From positions 1 through 64,000 of IMG/VR virus record IMGVR_UViG_3300044640_000597: DNA of 64,000 nt; one strand, 5' to 3'. Below are positions 55,461 through 64,000 of this stretch, piece after piece. The stretch is from a virus. The notes below the pieces were generated by a model. The model was not told the DNA's origin, did no database searches, and saw nothing but the letters and a program-made list of their open reading frames with translations. Each line of letters starts with the position of its first letter. The stretch's first letter is position 1. Made by a program: the position numbers and the translations under genes.

Positions 55461-56747
55461 TTATTCTGCAGTAGCGTATACTCTGATCCAAGCATCCACT
55501 CCGTTAATTTTAACTCTAATTGCTCCAGTCTTAGCACCAGCTGATGCTGATGAACTAGATATTGAGTTAGCACTAGCTGCTCCACTAGTTCCGACAAAGT
55601 TAGCAAAAGATTCGTCTGTGTCAAGCTGTTCTATTGTAACTACTGGAATATTTGCAGTTGTGCTGTTTTGTTTAACATGTAATGGTCCTGATGGAGTATC
55701 AGTACCAATACCTACATATCTACTTGCTCCTTTAATAGTTATAATTTTTTGTGCAACTGCTGATGAACTGTATCCCCAGAAAGTATAATCTCCTGATGAG
55801 CCAGTGCCATCATGATTACCTGGATAGAATTCTAGCTCACCACCTGCATTGGCTCCTTGAGAATTACCAGCTTTAATGTACAGAGCTCCACCTTTATTAG
55901 ATGCATTAGCATCTGCTGATTTAAATGTAAGAGCACCAGGGGCAGTAGCAGCAGTTAACACAGATCCAATAACTTGAGCTATGTTACCATTGACATAGAT
56001 ATTAGCACCTACGTTTAAGTCTCCAGTAAAGAAAGGAGTTGGAGAGCCACTGCCGATGAAGGTTTGACCAGTAGTGTTTACTTTAATACCTCTGTTACCA
56101 GTATCTCCACTAATCCAGTTTAGTCCATACAAGTTATACCCTGCACCATTTACTGTATTTGTAAATGCAGACAATGCAGCTGCAATAGTGATTGAGCCAG
56201 GACCATTTGTAATTGTTATATTGGCACCAGCTGTAAGATTAGCAAGTATTGGGGATAAACCAGTTCTTCCAATTGGAATCTGACCATTGGCCGCTGCTCC
56301 TAAAGCAGATAAGGCTGATCCACCATTTCCTATAAGTAGAGAGTTGGCTACCAAAGAAGAAGCCCCTGTACCACCGTTAGCAACTGGGAGTATACCACTT
56401 ATATAAGCAGCAGCTAGGTTTACTGCTGAAAGGAAAAGAGATGTTGTATTGTTGCAGTTAGCTAGATTGATATTAGCTTCATTAACTTGGAGAGTAATGT
56501 TGTTACTTGCAGTAGCAACAGTCAACAAATTATTAAGAGACCTAATACCTTTAAAGTTAAGTGCATTCTTATTAGTAATGCTAATAAACAAAGATTCACT
56601 CGTAGTCCCTAGAGTATTAACTGTTGGGAACAAGTCTTGAAGCAAAAACTTATTGTTAACAGGACCTACTGCATTTGAAGTCAGCAAGTAGTCATTTGCT
56701 CCTACACTTGTTTTAGCTAAAGCTGCTAGGCTGGTTATAGTTGCCAT
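55461..56747 (-). CDS. Tail fibre protein
   Basis: GILPVANGGTGA and LTAGANITITNG fibre motifs; VGIGTDTPSGPLHV; G/A/N/T/S-rich. Confidence 0.82.
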   Translation of the reverse strand: MATITSLAALAKTSVGANDYLLTSNAVGPVNNKFLLQDLFPTVNTLGTTSESLFISITNKNALNFKGIRSLNNLLTVATASNNITLQVNEANINLANCNNTTSLFLSAVNLAAAYISGILPVANGGTGASSLVANSLLIGNGGSALSALGAAANGQIPIGRTGLSPILANLTAGANITITNGPGSITIAAALSAFTNTVNGAGYNLYGLNWISGDTGNRGIKVNTTGQTFIGSGSPTPFFTGDLNVGANIYVNGNIAQVIGSVLTAATAPGALTFKSADANASNKGGALYIKAGNSQGANAGGELEFYPGNHDGTGSSGDYTFWGYSSSAVAQKIITIKGASRYVGIGTDTPSGPLHVKQNSTTANIPVVTIEQLDTDESFANFVGTSGAASANSISSSSASAGAKTGAIRVKINGVDAWIRVYATAE

Positions 56748-56748
56748 T

Positions 56749-58584
56749 TTATATAATAATTTTTTGATTAAACTCAGTGGTTAATGGTATTCCTGTTTCT
56801 CCTCCAAGTCCACTTGTTCTTAATCCAAGGCTCGGAGTAACAGGAGTAGTAGGAGTTGGAGCTGGACCTGTAACTATACAGTCTGCACAGAATCTATTTG
56901 CAAAATCTATAAATGTCTTTAAATAAGTATTATCGTTTTCAGATGCAAACTCTACTGCATAGGTAGCTGCCCCAATAGTTCCAGGCAGTGGATCTTGAAT
57001 GATAATAGTAGTTTTATTTGTAGTTGCATTATAAACAGCATCTACAATTGTAGTAGTAAAGTCTACTGGAATAGTAGAAGCAGTCACTGGTGCATACAAT
57101 GCCCAAGTTGTACCGTTAGCTACAGTGAATAAAGCAGGAGTACTAATAGTTCCAAATGGAATTACTGTGTTATTTAGTGGAGGTCCAGCTTGATTGTAAA
57201 GAATATTTGTAACGTAGTTACTACCTGAAGTTGCATAAGAGTCTCCAAGATTGTTAAGCAAGCTAAAAGTATAACCTGTTATTAGGAATGGTAATCCCCC
57301 TGGAGCTATGTAAAATGCTGAAACTGTTGTATTTATTAATACAGACCCTTCAAGTACTGCATAATCTGTAACAGCTTCAATATGAAAAATAAAAGTTTCA
57401 AATTGAGATAAATCTCCATTTACTACAATTGTGGTTTGCCCTTCAACTAGTACAGGTAGATTACCAGTAGGAAGATTAGGGTATATAGCAGTAATTATAT
57501 TTTCTCTATCGTATATGCAATCTAGAGCTCTGTCTTCATTTTTCTGACCTAAAAGCTCAATGATTAACTTAAGCTTTGAAAGTTCTCTATAATCACACTT
57601 AACTCCCCCAATAACTTTGTTATAGAATGTAGTGCCTTTTACTGCTAGACATTCTTGGTATTGTGACAGTTTGGTATTGTAGTCAACTCCGTTAACTTGA
57701 GCAGGAACCTCAGCTATATCTTTGTACTCAACAGATGGGAGGGGAGAATCTTCTCCAGTAGGGTCAGTAACAATTGTTGTTTTAACTGCACAGATATTGT
57801 CTATAGCCCTTCCCTTACTTCCAGTTATGGTACCGTAGCACTGATTGGGGTCAAATACTTCTACTTTTAAAGTAGTATTTCCCTCACAAGTAAGCTCTAC
57901 TTCTAAAAGATTAAAAGCTCCAGAAGTATCATCCAATGGATGTGTATATACTTTCGTACCTGCATATATTTTTATGTAGGCTTGATCAAGTTGTGTTGGT
58001 GTACAATATCCTGTTCGAGTACTTGTAGAATAGTCAAGACTTATAGTATAAGTTTCTCCTATAGTTAATACACTTGCTTGAGATAACGATCCTAAAAGAG
58101 CATTATCAAATATTATACATCCACTAAAAGTTCCACTCCAAGCACCATTTGTAACAGTCCATCCAGTAGAGTTTGAATCAAAAGTACCATTTGATACTGT
58201 ACATGCACCAGATGGGCCAGGAGCTGTGATGTAATCTACTCCTACACTTGTAAAGTATGCACCAAAACTTATATCAGACCAACCACTTGTTGGGGGGCAA
58301 GAATTGTTATTAACTCCTGTGGCAGAAGATGCCCATACTTTAACGCCATTTGCATCTAGGATTAGCCAGTTTGGAGCACTGTATACTACTGAAAATGTTT
58401 TTCCCCCAAAATCAAAGAGTATATCGTACCCTATTAAAGCTAAGGGATTGTCCTTAGTAACAGCAGTAGCAGTTTCTGTTCTGCCACCTGCATCAACTAA
58501 CGTAAAAGTCAACCCCTCACATGGAACGGTAGCTGCTGCTGGGGCTCTTACCCCAGCTTCTATACAGTCTTTACAAATTGCCAT
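56749..58584 (-). CDS. Structural protein (tail hub-like) with inserted beta-sandwich domains
   Basis: CxxC at the N-terminus and near the C-terminus; CBM-like NGTFD...GW...LTIGETYTISLDY; synteny. Confidence 0.6.
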   Translation of the reverse strand: MAICKDCIEAGVRAPAAATVPCEGLTFTLVDAGGRTETATAVTKDNPLALIGYDILFDFGGKTFSVVYSAPNWLILDANGVKVWASSATGVNNNSCPPTSGWSDISFGAYFTSVGVDYITAPGPSGACTVSNGTFDSNSTGWTVTNGAWSGTFSGCIIFDNALLGSLSQASVLTIGETYTISLDYSTSTRTGYCTPTQLDQAYIKIYAGTKVYTHPLDDTSGAFNLLEVELTCEGNTTLKVEVFDPNQCYGTITGSKGRAIDNICAVKTTIVTDPTGEDSPLPSVEYKDIAEVPAQVNGVDYNTKLSQYQECLAVKGTTFYNKVIGGVKCDYRELSKLKLIIELLGQKNEDRALDCIYDRENIITAIYPNLPTGNLPVLVEGQTTIVVNGDLSQFETFIFHIEAVTDYAVLEGSVLINTTVSAFYIAPGGLPFLITGYTFSLLNNLGDSYATSGSNYVTNILYNQAGPPLNNTVIPFGTISTPALFTVANGTTWALYAPVTASTIPVDFTTTIVDAVYNATTNKTTIIIQDPLPGTIGAATYAVEFASENDNTYLKTFIDFANRFCADCIVTGPAPTPTTPVTPSLGLRTSGLGGETGIPLTTEFNQKIII

Positions 58585-58593
58585 TGTATTTTA

Positions 58594-59079
58594 TTAACAA
58601 CCACATGCACATGTTTCAGTGCAGAAGTCTTTAGCTTTATTGTATTTGTTAATAGCGTCTGTAATATTTGTGTCTGAGTATGCAGAGTGCTGTGCTGATT
58701 TAATTAGTAGATCAATCTTTTCGGCCTTTCTTAGGTCTTCATCACATTTATCACAATGGCAGTGACAGTCGATGGCTGATTGAACAAGGGCTGCTATACA
58801 GCAATAAATCTCAGCAGCTCCTATTGTATAAACTGTAGGTTTAAGAGAGTCGACAGTATCTGTTATACTAATAACTCCATTAAATAACTCCCCAGCTGTT
58901 TCGTTATCTAATATCCAAGTAACATTCCCAGCTACTGCTGTCAATACCCCACTAGTTACAGTCGTCTCTGTAATGTAGTTATAGTAGGTAAAGTTAACAG
59001 TTGCAGGAACTCCAGATGCTACGACAGTTATCTTCTTGCAGTCAGGAGCTATAGTTACCGAGTTAATTACTGTAGCCAT
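58594..59079 (-). CDS. Cys-rich structural protein (tail hub-like)
   Basis: CHCHCDKC...CTETCACGC C-terminus; ATG at 59079 preferred. Confidence 0.65.
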   Translation of the reverse strand: MATVINSVTIAPDCKKITVVASGVPATVNFTYYNYITETTVTSGVLTAVAGNVTWILDNETAGELFNGVISITDTVDSLKPTVYTIGAAEIYCCIAALVQSAIDCHCHCDKCDEDLRKAEKIDLLIKSAQHSAYSDTNITDAINKYNKAKDFCTETCACGC

Positions 59080-59102
59080 TAGATAGTTTTTGTAAAGATA
59101 AT

Positions 59103-59132
59103 AAAAAGCAGGGGATTTCTCCCCCACTTTTT
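59103..59132 (-). terminator. Intrinsic terminator
   Basis: Minus strand AAAAAGTGGGGGA-GAAA-TCCCCTGCTTTTT. Confidence 0.8.
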
Positions 59133-59148
59133 AATGATTAATTTTAGA

Positions 59149-60171
59149 TTAGAATATCTGTTCAGAGTCAGTACCTCCAGTGAATCCAAATACTGTAGCA
59201 ACCTCAGTACCAGTAGACGCACCAGCATATGATAGTGCAGTGCTGCTACCTCCGAAGAAGATTTGAACAGTGTTTAGTTCCCCAGCACGAGCAATACCTG
59301 TAGATGAAGGCCAGTCGTGTGCGTACTGAATTTCAAGTACATCGTACTTATATCCAGCTTGAGCAAAAGTTGGGAAAGTAAATGGGAAGTACATACGGTT
59401 GAAGTTACCGTAACGTGCACGTTGGCTTTTCTCAGCAGAAAGAGCTTCTACATAATTAGAGGTAGCATCAGTTCTAGATGCAGTAACTGAACCTACAGGA
59501 CCTGACTTATCAGAGTACTGAGAGGTAACATCAAACTCAACTCCGTAGTGACGAGCAGTAAGGACAAGGCCTGAGGTACCGCTATCTGTAGCAGCAAACA
59601 AAGCATTAAAAGTAACATTATTTACAATTGCATTGTAAAGAGCAGTTACCAAGGCAGTTTCAGAACCACCATGAACAGATGCTGAAACTTCAATATTAAA
59701 GATCATACGACCAGCAGAGAAGTTACCGAGCAATGGGAATTGATATCCACCACCAGACAAATCTACTGCAGTACCATCTTGATAGTAGTTTGCATAAGTA
59801 GTTGGGGCAGTACGAAGTGCAATTCTGAGCATTACATCTTTAGTAGATGTTGGGGCTCCAGTGTCAATTGTTTGAGTTGCCCGTGTAGGAACTATTGAAG
59901 TCCACTCACGATAGTTAATTCTTTTGATAAGATCAGTATCAATGATTGGAGTAGCAATAGCTTGCCCAGAAGGCATGTTTTGAACAATTTGAATTCTCTT
60001 TTTGTTCCAAGCTCCAGAAGTACGAAGAGCTGTAACAAAGTTTGTAGAGCCATCTACATCCCAAACTGACATTGTAGACACGTTAGCAGCTGCATTAGTG
60101 CTAAATGCCGTAGTAGAAATCATATCAGGGTTATTTACAACAAATACCTGACTTAAGTTTTGAGGTGCCAT
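59149..60171 (-). CDS. Auxiliary capsid protein (crAss001 gp36-like)
   Basis: 340 aa, third gene after MCP, followed by a terminator; assignment from synteny. Confidence 0.65.
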   Translation of the reverse strand: MAPQNLSQVFVVNNPDMISTTAFSTNAAANVSTMSVWDVDGSTNFVTALRTSGAWNKKRIQIVQNMPSGQAIATPIIDTDLIKRINYREWTSIVPTRATQTIDTGAPTSTKDVMLRIALRTAPTTYANYYQDGTAVDLSGGGYQFPLLGNFSAGRMIFNIEVSASVHGGSETALVTALYNAIVNNVTFNALFAATDSGTSGLVLTARHYGVEFDVTSQYSDKSGPVGSVTASRTDATSNYVEALSAEKSQRARYGNFNRMYFPFTFPTFAQAGYKYDVLEIQYAHDWPSSTGIARAGELNTVQIFFGGSSTALSYAGASTGTEVATVFGFTGGTDSEQIF

Positions 60172-60207
60172 TTTTATAAAATTTAGGCGTTAAACACATT
60201 ATTTGAA

Positions 60208-61377
60208 TTATTCACTTTCGAGGTTTTCCATCGATTGCGAGTTATACCTTTGGGATTCGATACCCTCCAGTATGCTTTTAATAGTCATTTCTACAATTTC
60301 TTGGTGAGTATGCTCTGCTAATTCACAGCCTACTCCCCCAGTTATAGAAATAACTTTTGGTTTTCTTATATAAACAATATGTACCGTAGGTACAACAAAT
60401 GTGTTGTCTGAGTACAAATTGATGTAATTTTCTTTAATTGAGTATGGAACATAATCGTACCCAGTTCTGCTAAATGGATCCTTCATTACAGTTGGGATAT
60501 CATCACTTTGAGCAAACCAACATTGACTCAATCTTTTATCTGCACTTGGAGCAGTTCTTCTAGTTACAGAATAAGTTGATTTAATTGTTTCATATACTTG
60601 AATAGATGATTCTAATCCAAGAGTTGGTAATATCCATGTAGCTCTAATGAATCCCGCAGTAACAGGGTCTGCCTGTAGAACTGTAGTAGAATTACTTAAA
60701 TATATATGGTTACTGTCTACGGGAGGATCTAGTTGAGCTCCAGTATTGTTTAAGTTCTCTAGTACATTAGCATTATAAGAAGGTATGAAACCTCCTAGAT
60801 AATTAGTAGGTAGTATCAAATCATCACTAGTTATCTGCTGTCCTAATGGAAGGTTTACGGCCGATATCCAGTTTACCCCATCAAAGTATGATATACTTGT
60901 AAGTATGTAACCTGGCAATGGCGGGGTAAGACTCATCTTAACCCAATCCGTAGTAGTGACTTCGTTTACTAACTGAGTATCTACATTTATGGGTCCATTA
61001 CAATTGTAATGAACTTCAGCTGTAACTGATACTAGAAAAAGATAATCTAACGGAAGAGTAGCTTTTTCTATGTATATGTTTGTATTGCTAGTATTGTAGA
61101 TATACCAACCCAAAGCATCTAGTAGAAATCCCCCAGTAGAGAGTGTATTAGAGTTAGTAGTTACTACTAAGTTCCTTAGGTCATCTACTCTTTTTTGGGA
61201 TTGTTCAAACCCTCTACCCTGTCTGTTTGACATTGGATTGTACCGTTGCTTGATGAATCTCATCATAGCAATGTTTAACTCAAAGTCTATCTCTTGAGGT
61301 AAAAGGATGTCAGCCTGGAAGGATGCAATCTTTTGCACCCCCAGGTTGACAGCTATATGCATTTCGTTTACGGTCAT
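60208..61377 (-). CDS. Tail ring protein (crAss gene 74-like)
   Basis: GFEQSQKRVDDLRNLV; YIRKP...CELAEHTHQEIV. Confidence 0.8.
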   Translation of the reverse strand: MTVNEMHIAVNLGVQKIASFQADILLPQEIDFELNIAMMRFIKQRYNPMSNRQGRGFEQSQKRVDDLRNLVVTTNSNTLSTGGFLLDALGWYIYNTSNTNIYIEKATLPLDYLFLVSVTAEVHYNCNGPINVDTQLVNEVTTTDWVKMSLTPPLPGYILTSISYFDGVNWISAVNLPLGQQITSDDLILPTNYLGGFIPSYNANVLENLNNTGAQLDPPVDSNHIYLSNSTTVLQADPVTAGFIRATWILPTLGLESSIQVYETIKSTYSVTRRTAPSADKRLSQCWFAQSDDIPTVMKDPFSRTGYDYVPYSIKENYINLYSDNTFVVPTVHIVYIRKPKVISITGGVGCELAEHTHQEIVEMTIKSILEGIESQRYNSQSMENLESE

Positions 61378-61380
61378 CTA

Positions 61381-62187
61381 TTAAGATACTTCTTTGAGCC
61401 TTGCTCTCATTGTATTTACTTGACCAGAGTTTTTCTTGTTTTTAAAGTAAACAATTGCATCTTTCATATCCTCTCCGATTGTCTCGTCTTGGAAAATCAC
61501 TTGATTACCAATACGACGGAGAACATCTTTTGCAACCATTTCTTCAATTTCTGCCTGAACTTCTAAGTTGTCGTCCGTGCAGTATTTCAAGAACTTCTCT
61601 GGGCTATTTCCTTTATAATCGTACAAAGTATTCTCGATTTCCATGTCTGAGAGTCTTTCTGGATCTCCGTCCACAAGAACTCTAAGCAACATTTTCATCT
61701 TCTCGATGTTTCCAGTGAGTTTGATAAACTCTTTGTCTGCATCTTTTTTAACTTGTACTTTAGCATTCTTTTTAAGAAGATCTTTTTGTGGATCATAGAT
61801 GTAAAATCTTTTGTTTGCATCCACTTTCATTTCTTCTTCAGACATTGCAACATGTCTGTGCTTTAAGCACCATTTATAATAGATGTAATCCATTGTATTA
61901 ATTGGACTACCATCTTCATAAGTGCCGATCTCAAGTTCTGCTCCTTCAAAAGGAACTTTCAAATTAAGGCTAGCCCAAAAGTCTTTTGTTTTTGCAGGCC
62001 ATTCTTGGTGACCAGCTGGCACATCAATAAAATTTTTCAAGAGTGTTGCCTCTTCATCTCCATCAACTCCTTTGAGTGGGAGGCGATCTACAAACATAGA
62101 TCCGAGTTTAATCTTTGCTCCAGCTCTGATTTCCTTTGGTAGGTGATTCAGAACCTCTTTGCGTCTGATAATAACTTTACGTTCCAT
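61381..62187 (-). CDS. Conserved crAss capsid-module protein (gene 75-like)
   Basis: Directly downstream of MCP; assignment from synteny. Confidence 0.7.
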   Translation of the reverse strand: MERKVIIRRKEVLNHLPKEIRAGAKIKLGSMFVDRLPLKGVDGDEEATLLKNFIDVPAGHQEWPAKTKDFWASLNLKVPFEGAELEIGTYEDGSPINTMDYIYYKWCLKHRHVAMSEEEMKVDANKRFYIYDPQKDLLKKNAKVQVKKDADKEFIKLTGNIEKMKMLLRVLVDGDPERLSDMEIENTLYDYKGNSPEKFLKYCTDDNLEVQAEIEEMVAKDVLRRIGNQVIFQDETIGEDMKDAIVYFKNKKNSGQVNTMRARLKEVS

Positions 62188-62250
62188 AATTTTAGTTCTT
62201 TTTATTAGTTAAGCTTGGGGAAAGAATAACCCAAGGTTTTATATATTTTT

Positions 62251-62277
62251 AAAAGGGGGCTTTGACACCCCCTTTTT
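62251..62277 (-). terminator. Intrinsic terminator after MCP
   Basis: Minus strand AAAAGGGGG-TGTCAAAG-CCCCCTTTT. Confidence 0.78.
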
Positions 62278-62296
62278 ATTGCAAACCAAACACAAA

Positions 62297-63721
62297 TTAC
62301 GATGCAACACACTGTAGGTCCAAACTAGTATCAAAACGACGAAGCAAGATACCAGCGGTCTTCAGCATGTGAACAGATGCACCGTCAATGTCACTTGCAC
62401 GGGTGTCAGTTTCAGTGAATCCTTTTGGAACCACAGAACCTGCTACACACCAGCGAAGAAGTTCACGACCTTTCTTATTTACCATTTGAAGGTTGTTTTC
62501 ACCATCATAAGTAGACTGGTCAACAAACGTCATACGGTAAGACTCCAAAGGAAGACCAGATACTGGGTGCTTCTTAGAAGCTTGAGCCACAGGACCGTGA
62601 TCGAACAAAGGAGACTTAACTACGTTAACTCTGTGTCCATCTACGTGATCATAGCTAGTGAAGTAACCAGTAATACCAAGGTTACGACCGCTACCAGTGA
62701 TGAACGTAGGTTGAGTAGTCTGCAGGTAAGTGTTACCACCATAGTAAGTCTTGAGGGCACGGTCGAATTCACGAGCACCACCAATACCAGTATAGAGAGT
62801 AACTTGTTTGTCAGTAGCATCAGTCATACCATAGAACAAGTCTCCGATAGTTTCTTCAAGCTTAGCTTGAGTTAACTGAGAGTAAGTGTCTTTGTTGATG
62901 ATTTGCTCAAACAAACCAGGACCAGAGATTACAGGTTGACCGTTCTCATCGAGCATAGTGCTAACACCATTAGCATCGTGAGTCTTCTGGCCATACCAGT
63001 AGTACATTTCACATTCTTCTTTGAACTTAAGCATGTGACGGTACTCTTCGTAATCCATCCACAACTTAGTCTTAGAACCCTCTTTCAAAGGCAATTCGAA
63101 CTGAGCTACATAGTCTTTAGCATTTCCAGAGAAGTGGTAAGACTTACGTACAGTACCAATCTTAGAACGAACAAGACCTGGAGCAGTCCAGTTAGATGCA
63201 TTACCACGTGAGAAGTCAATACCCACGTTAGCATACAACATACCCCAAAGAGCACCTGGAGAAGCATCTGCAATAGATACTGAAGCAGTATCAGGAGATA
63301 CAATCTTCAAAGTGTACCTCCAATTTGAACCATCAGCAACTGGCTCACTCATAATACGAGCAAGAGCACCAGACTGAGATACCAAAGTGTAAGGGAAAAT
63401 GAACCACTTATCAGGGAAGGTAAGGGTGAATGGAGCACCACCTGCACCAACTACAGCAGCAGGTGCAGCAGAAACAACAGGACGAACATTGATTTCGTGT
63501 GTTTTAACACGATACTCATACTCGAAACGGTCGATAGAACGAGTATTGCCGACACCTTCAGTCAAGAAGGAGAGTGGGAATTTCTTTTCTTCACGACCTG
63601 CCAAGTGAGTGATAATCGGAGATAACTCCGCTGGACGTTCCATAAGTGCATTTGCCAACGAGTTACTGTCGGTCATCTGCGAGTCGTTATAGTACGTCTT
63701 AAGTACTTGCATTAATGACAT
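62297..63721 (-). CDS. Major capsid protein (crAss-like)
   Basis: 474 aa; EECEMYYWYG, GPGLFEQI, LYTGIGGAREF, GYFTSY, PLFD, HPVSGLPLESYRM. Confidence 0.9.
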   Translation of the reverse strand: MSLMQVLKTYYNDSQMTDSNSLANALMERPAELSPIITHLAGREEKKFPLSFLTEGVGNTRSIDRFEYEYRVKTHEINVRPVVSAAPAAVVGAGGAPFTLTFPDKWFIFPYTLVSQSGALARIMSEPVADGSNWRYTLKIVSPDTASVSIADASPGALWGMLYANVGIDFSRGNASNWTAPGLVRSKIGTVRKSYHFSGNAKDYVAQFELPLKEGSKTKLWMDYEEYRHMLKFKEECEMYYWYGQKTHDANGVSTMLDENGQPVISGPGLFEQIINKDTYSQLTQAKLEETIGDLFYGMTDATDKQVTLYTGIGGAREFDRALKTYYGGNTYLQTTQPTFITGSGRNLGITGYFTSYDHVDGHRVNVVKSPLFDHGPVAQASKKHPVSGLPLESYRMTFVDQSTYDGENNLQMVNKKGRELLRWCVAGSVVPKGFTETDTRASDIDGASVHMLKTAGILLRRFDTSLDLQCVAS

Positions 63722-63758
63722 GATTCTATAATTTTAAAAGTTAATTGTTGTTTAAATA

Positions 63759-64000
63759 TTATTCAAACAGCTTCTTCATATCCAGTTGATCTGGATCAAA
63801 TTTCTTAGCTCTGTTCTTTTCTACTTTTCCGTAGTTCTTAACTCTTTCTTCGTTACGTTGGATCTTATCTCTCAAGCTCTTTACACTTTCGGTCTTAGCC
63901 TTAGTAGTAATGATATCTTGAAGATTCATTCCTTTGTACATCAAGTAGTCAATAGCCAGTTTAACGTCGAGCTCTGAATTAGAATAATCCATATCTCTAC
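63759..64000 (-). CDS. C-terminus of the gene upstream of MCP (gene 77/scaffold-like), truncated
   Basis: Frame is open to the window edge; conserved position. Confidence 0.6.
   Translation of the reverse strand, partial: RDMDYSNSELDVKLAIDYLMYKGMNLQDIITTKAKTESVKSLRDKIQRNEERVKNYGKVEKNRAKKFDPDQLDMKKLFE

Noticed and set aside
18241-63977. Many plus-strand ORFs inside the virion module (e.g. 38881-39420, 62369-62875)
   Set aside because: Shadow frames of long motif-bearing genes with no recognisable features; the same applies to minus-strand ORFs such as 13552-14025 in the replication module
1-64000. Introns, inteins, integrase, transposase or reverse transcriptase/DGR
   Set aside because: PolA, DnaB, RNAP and MCP are uninterrupted and I saw no such motifs

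Overview
A 64-kb segment of a lytic crAss-like phage (Crassvirales), standard genetic code. The host is probably Bacteroidota: TAnnTTTG promoters, A/T-rich leaders, almost no Shine-Dalgarno sites. + strand (1-18.3 kb), replication module: PolA, a non-coding RNA island, DnaA-domain-IV-like protein, SF2 helicase, DnaB-like helicase, AAA_24/Sak4-like ATPase, probable SSB, primase, PD-(D/E)xK endonuclease, rIIA/rIIB, 5'-3' exonuclease, UDG and a small-gene cassette array. A bidirectional terminator follows. - strand (18.4-64 kb), virion module in the conserved crAss order: MCP, ring/auxiliary/hub proteins, tail fibre, IHF-like, muzzle and five cargo proteins, including a 2497-aa single-chain virion RNA polymerase. 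Most interesting: (1) three related tRNA-shaped genes with intact acceptor, D and T arms but variable structured inserts replacing the anticodon arm, interleaved with two other structured RNAs, a cargo ORF and a real tRNA-Arg; (2) the near cysteine-free giant cargo proteins keep Cys at their facing termini, suggesting a head-to-tail disulfide chain; (3) a circularly permuted DUF2272/CHAP-like domain in a cargo protein; (4) a small-gene array joined by a repeated 15-bp GGAGGTGAC(A/G)AATGA junction. All calls come from motif and synteny recognition by eye; no searches were run.
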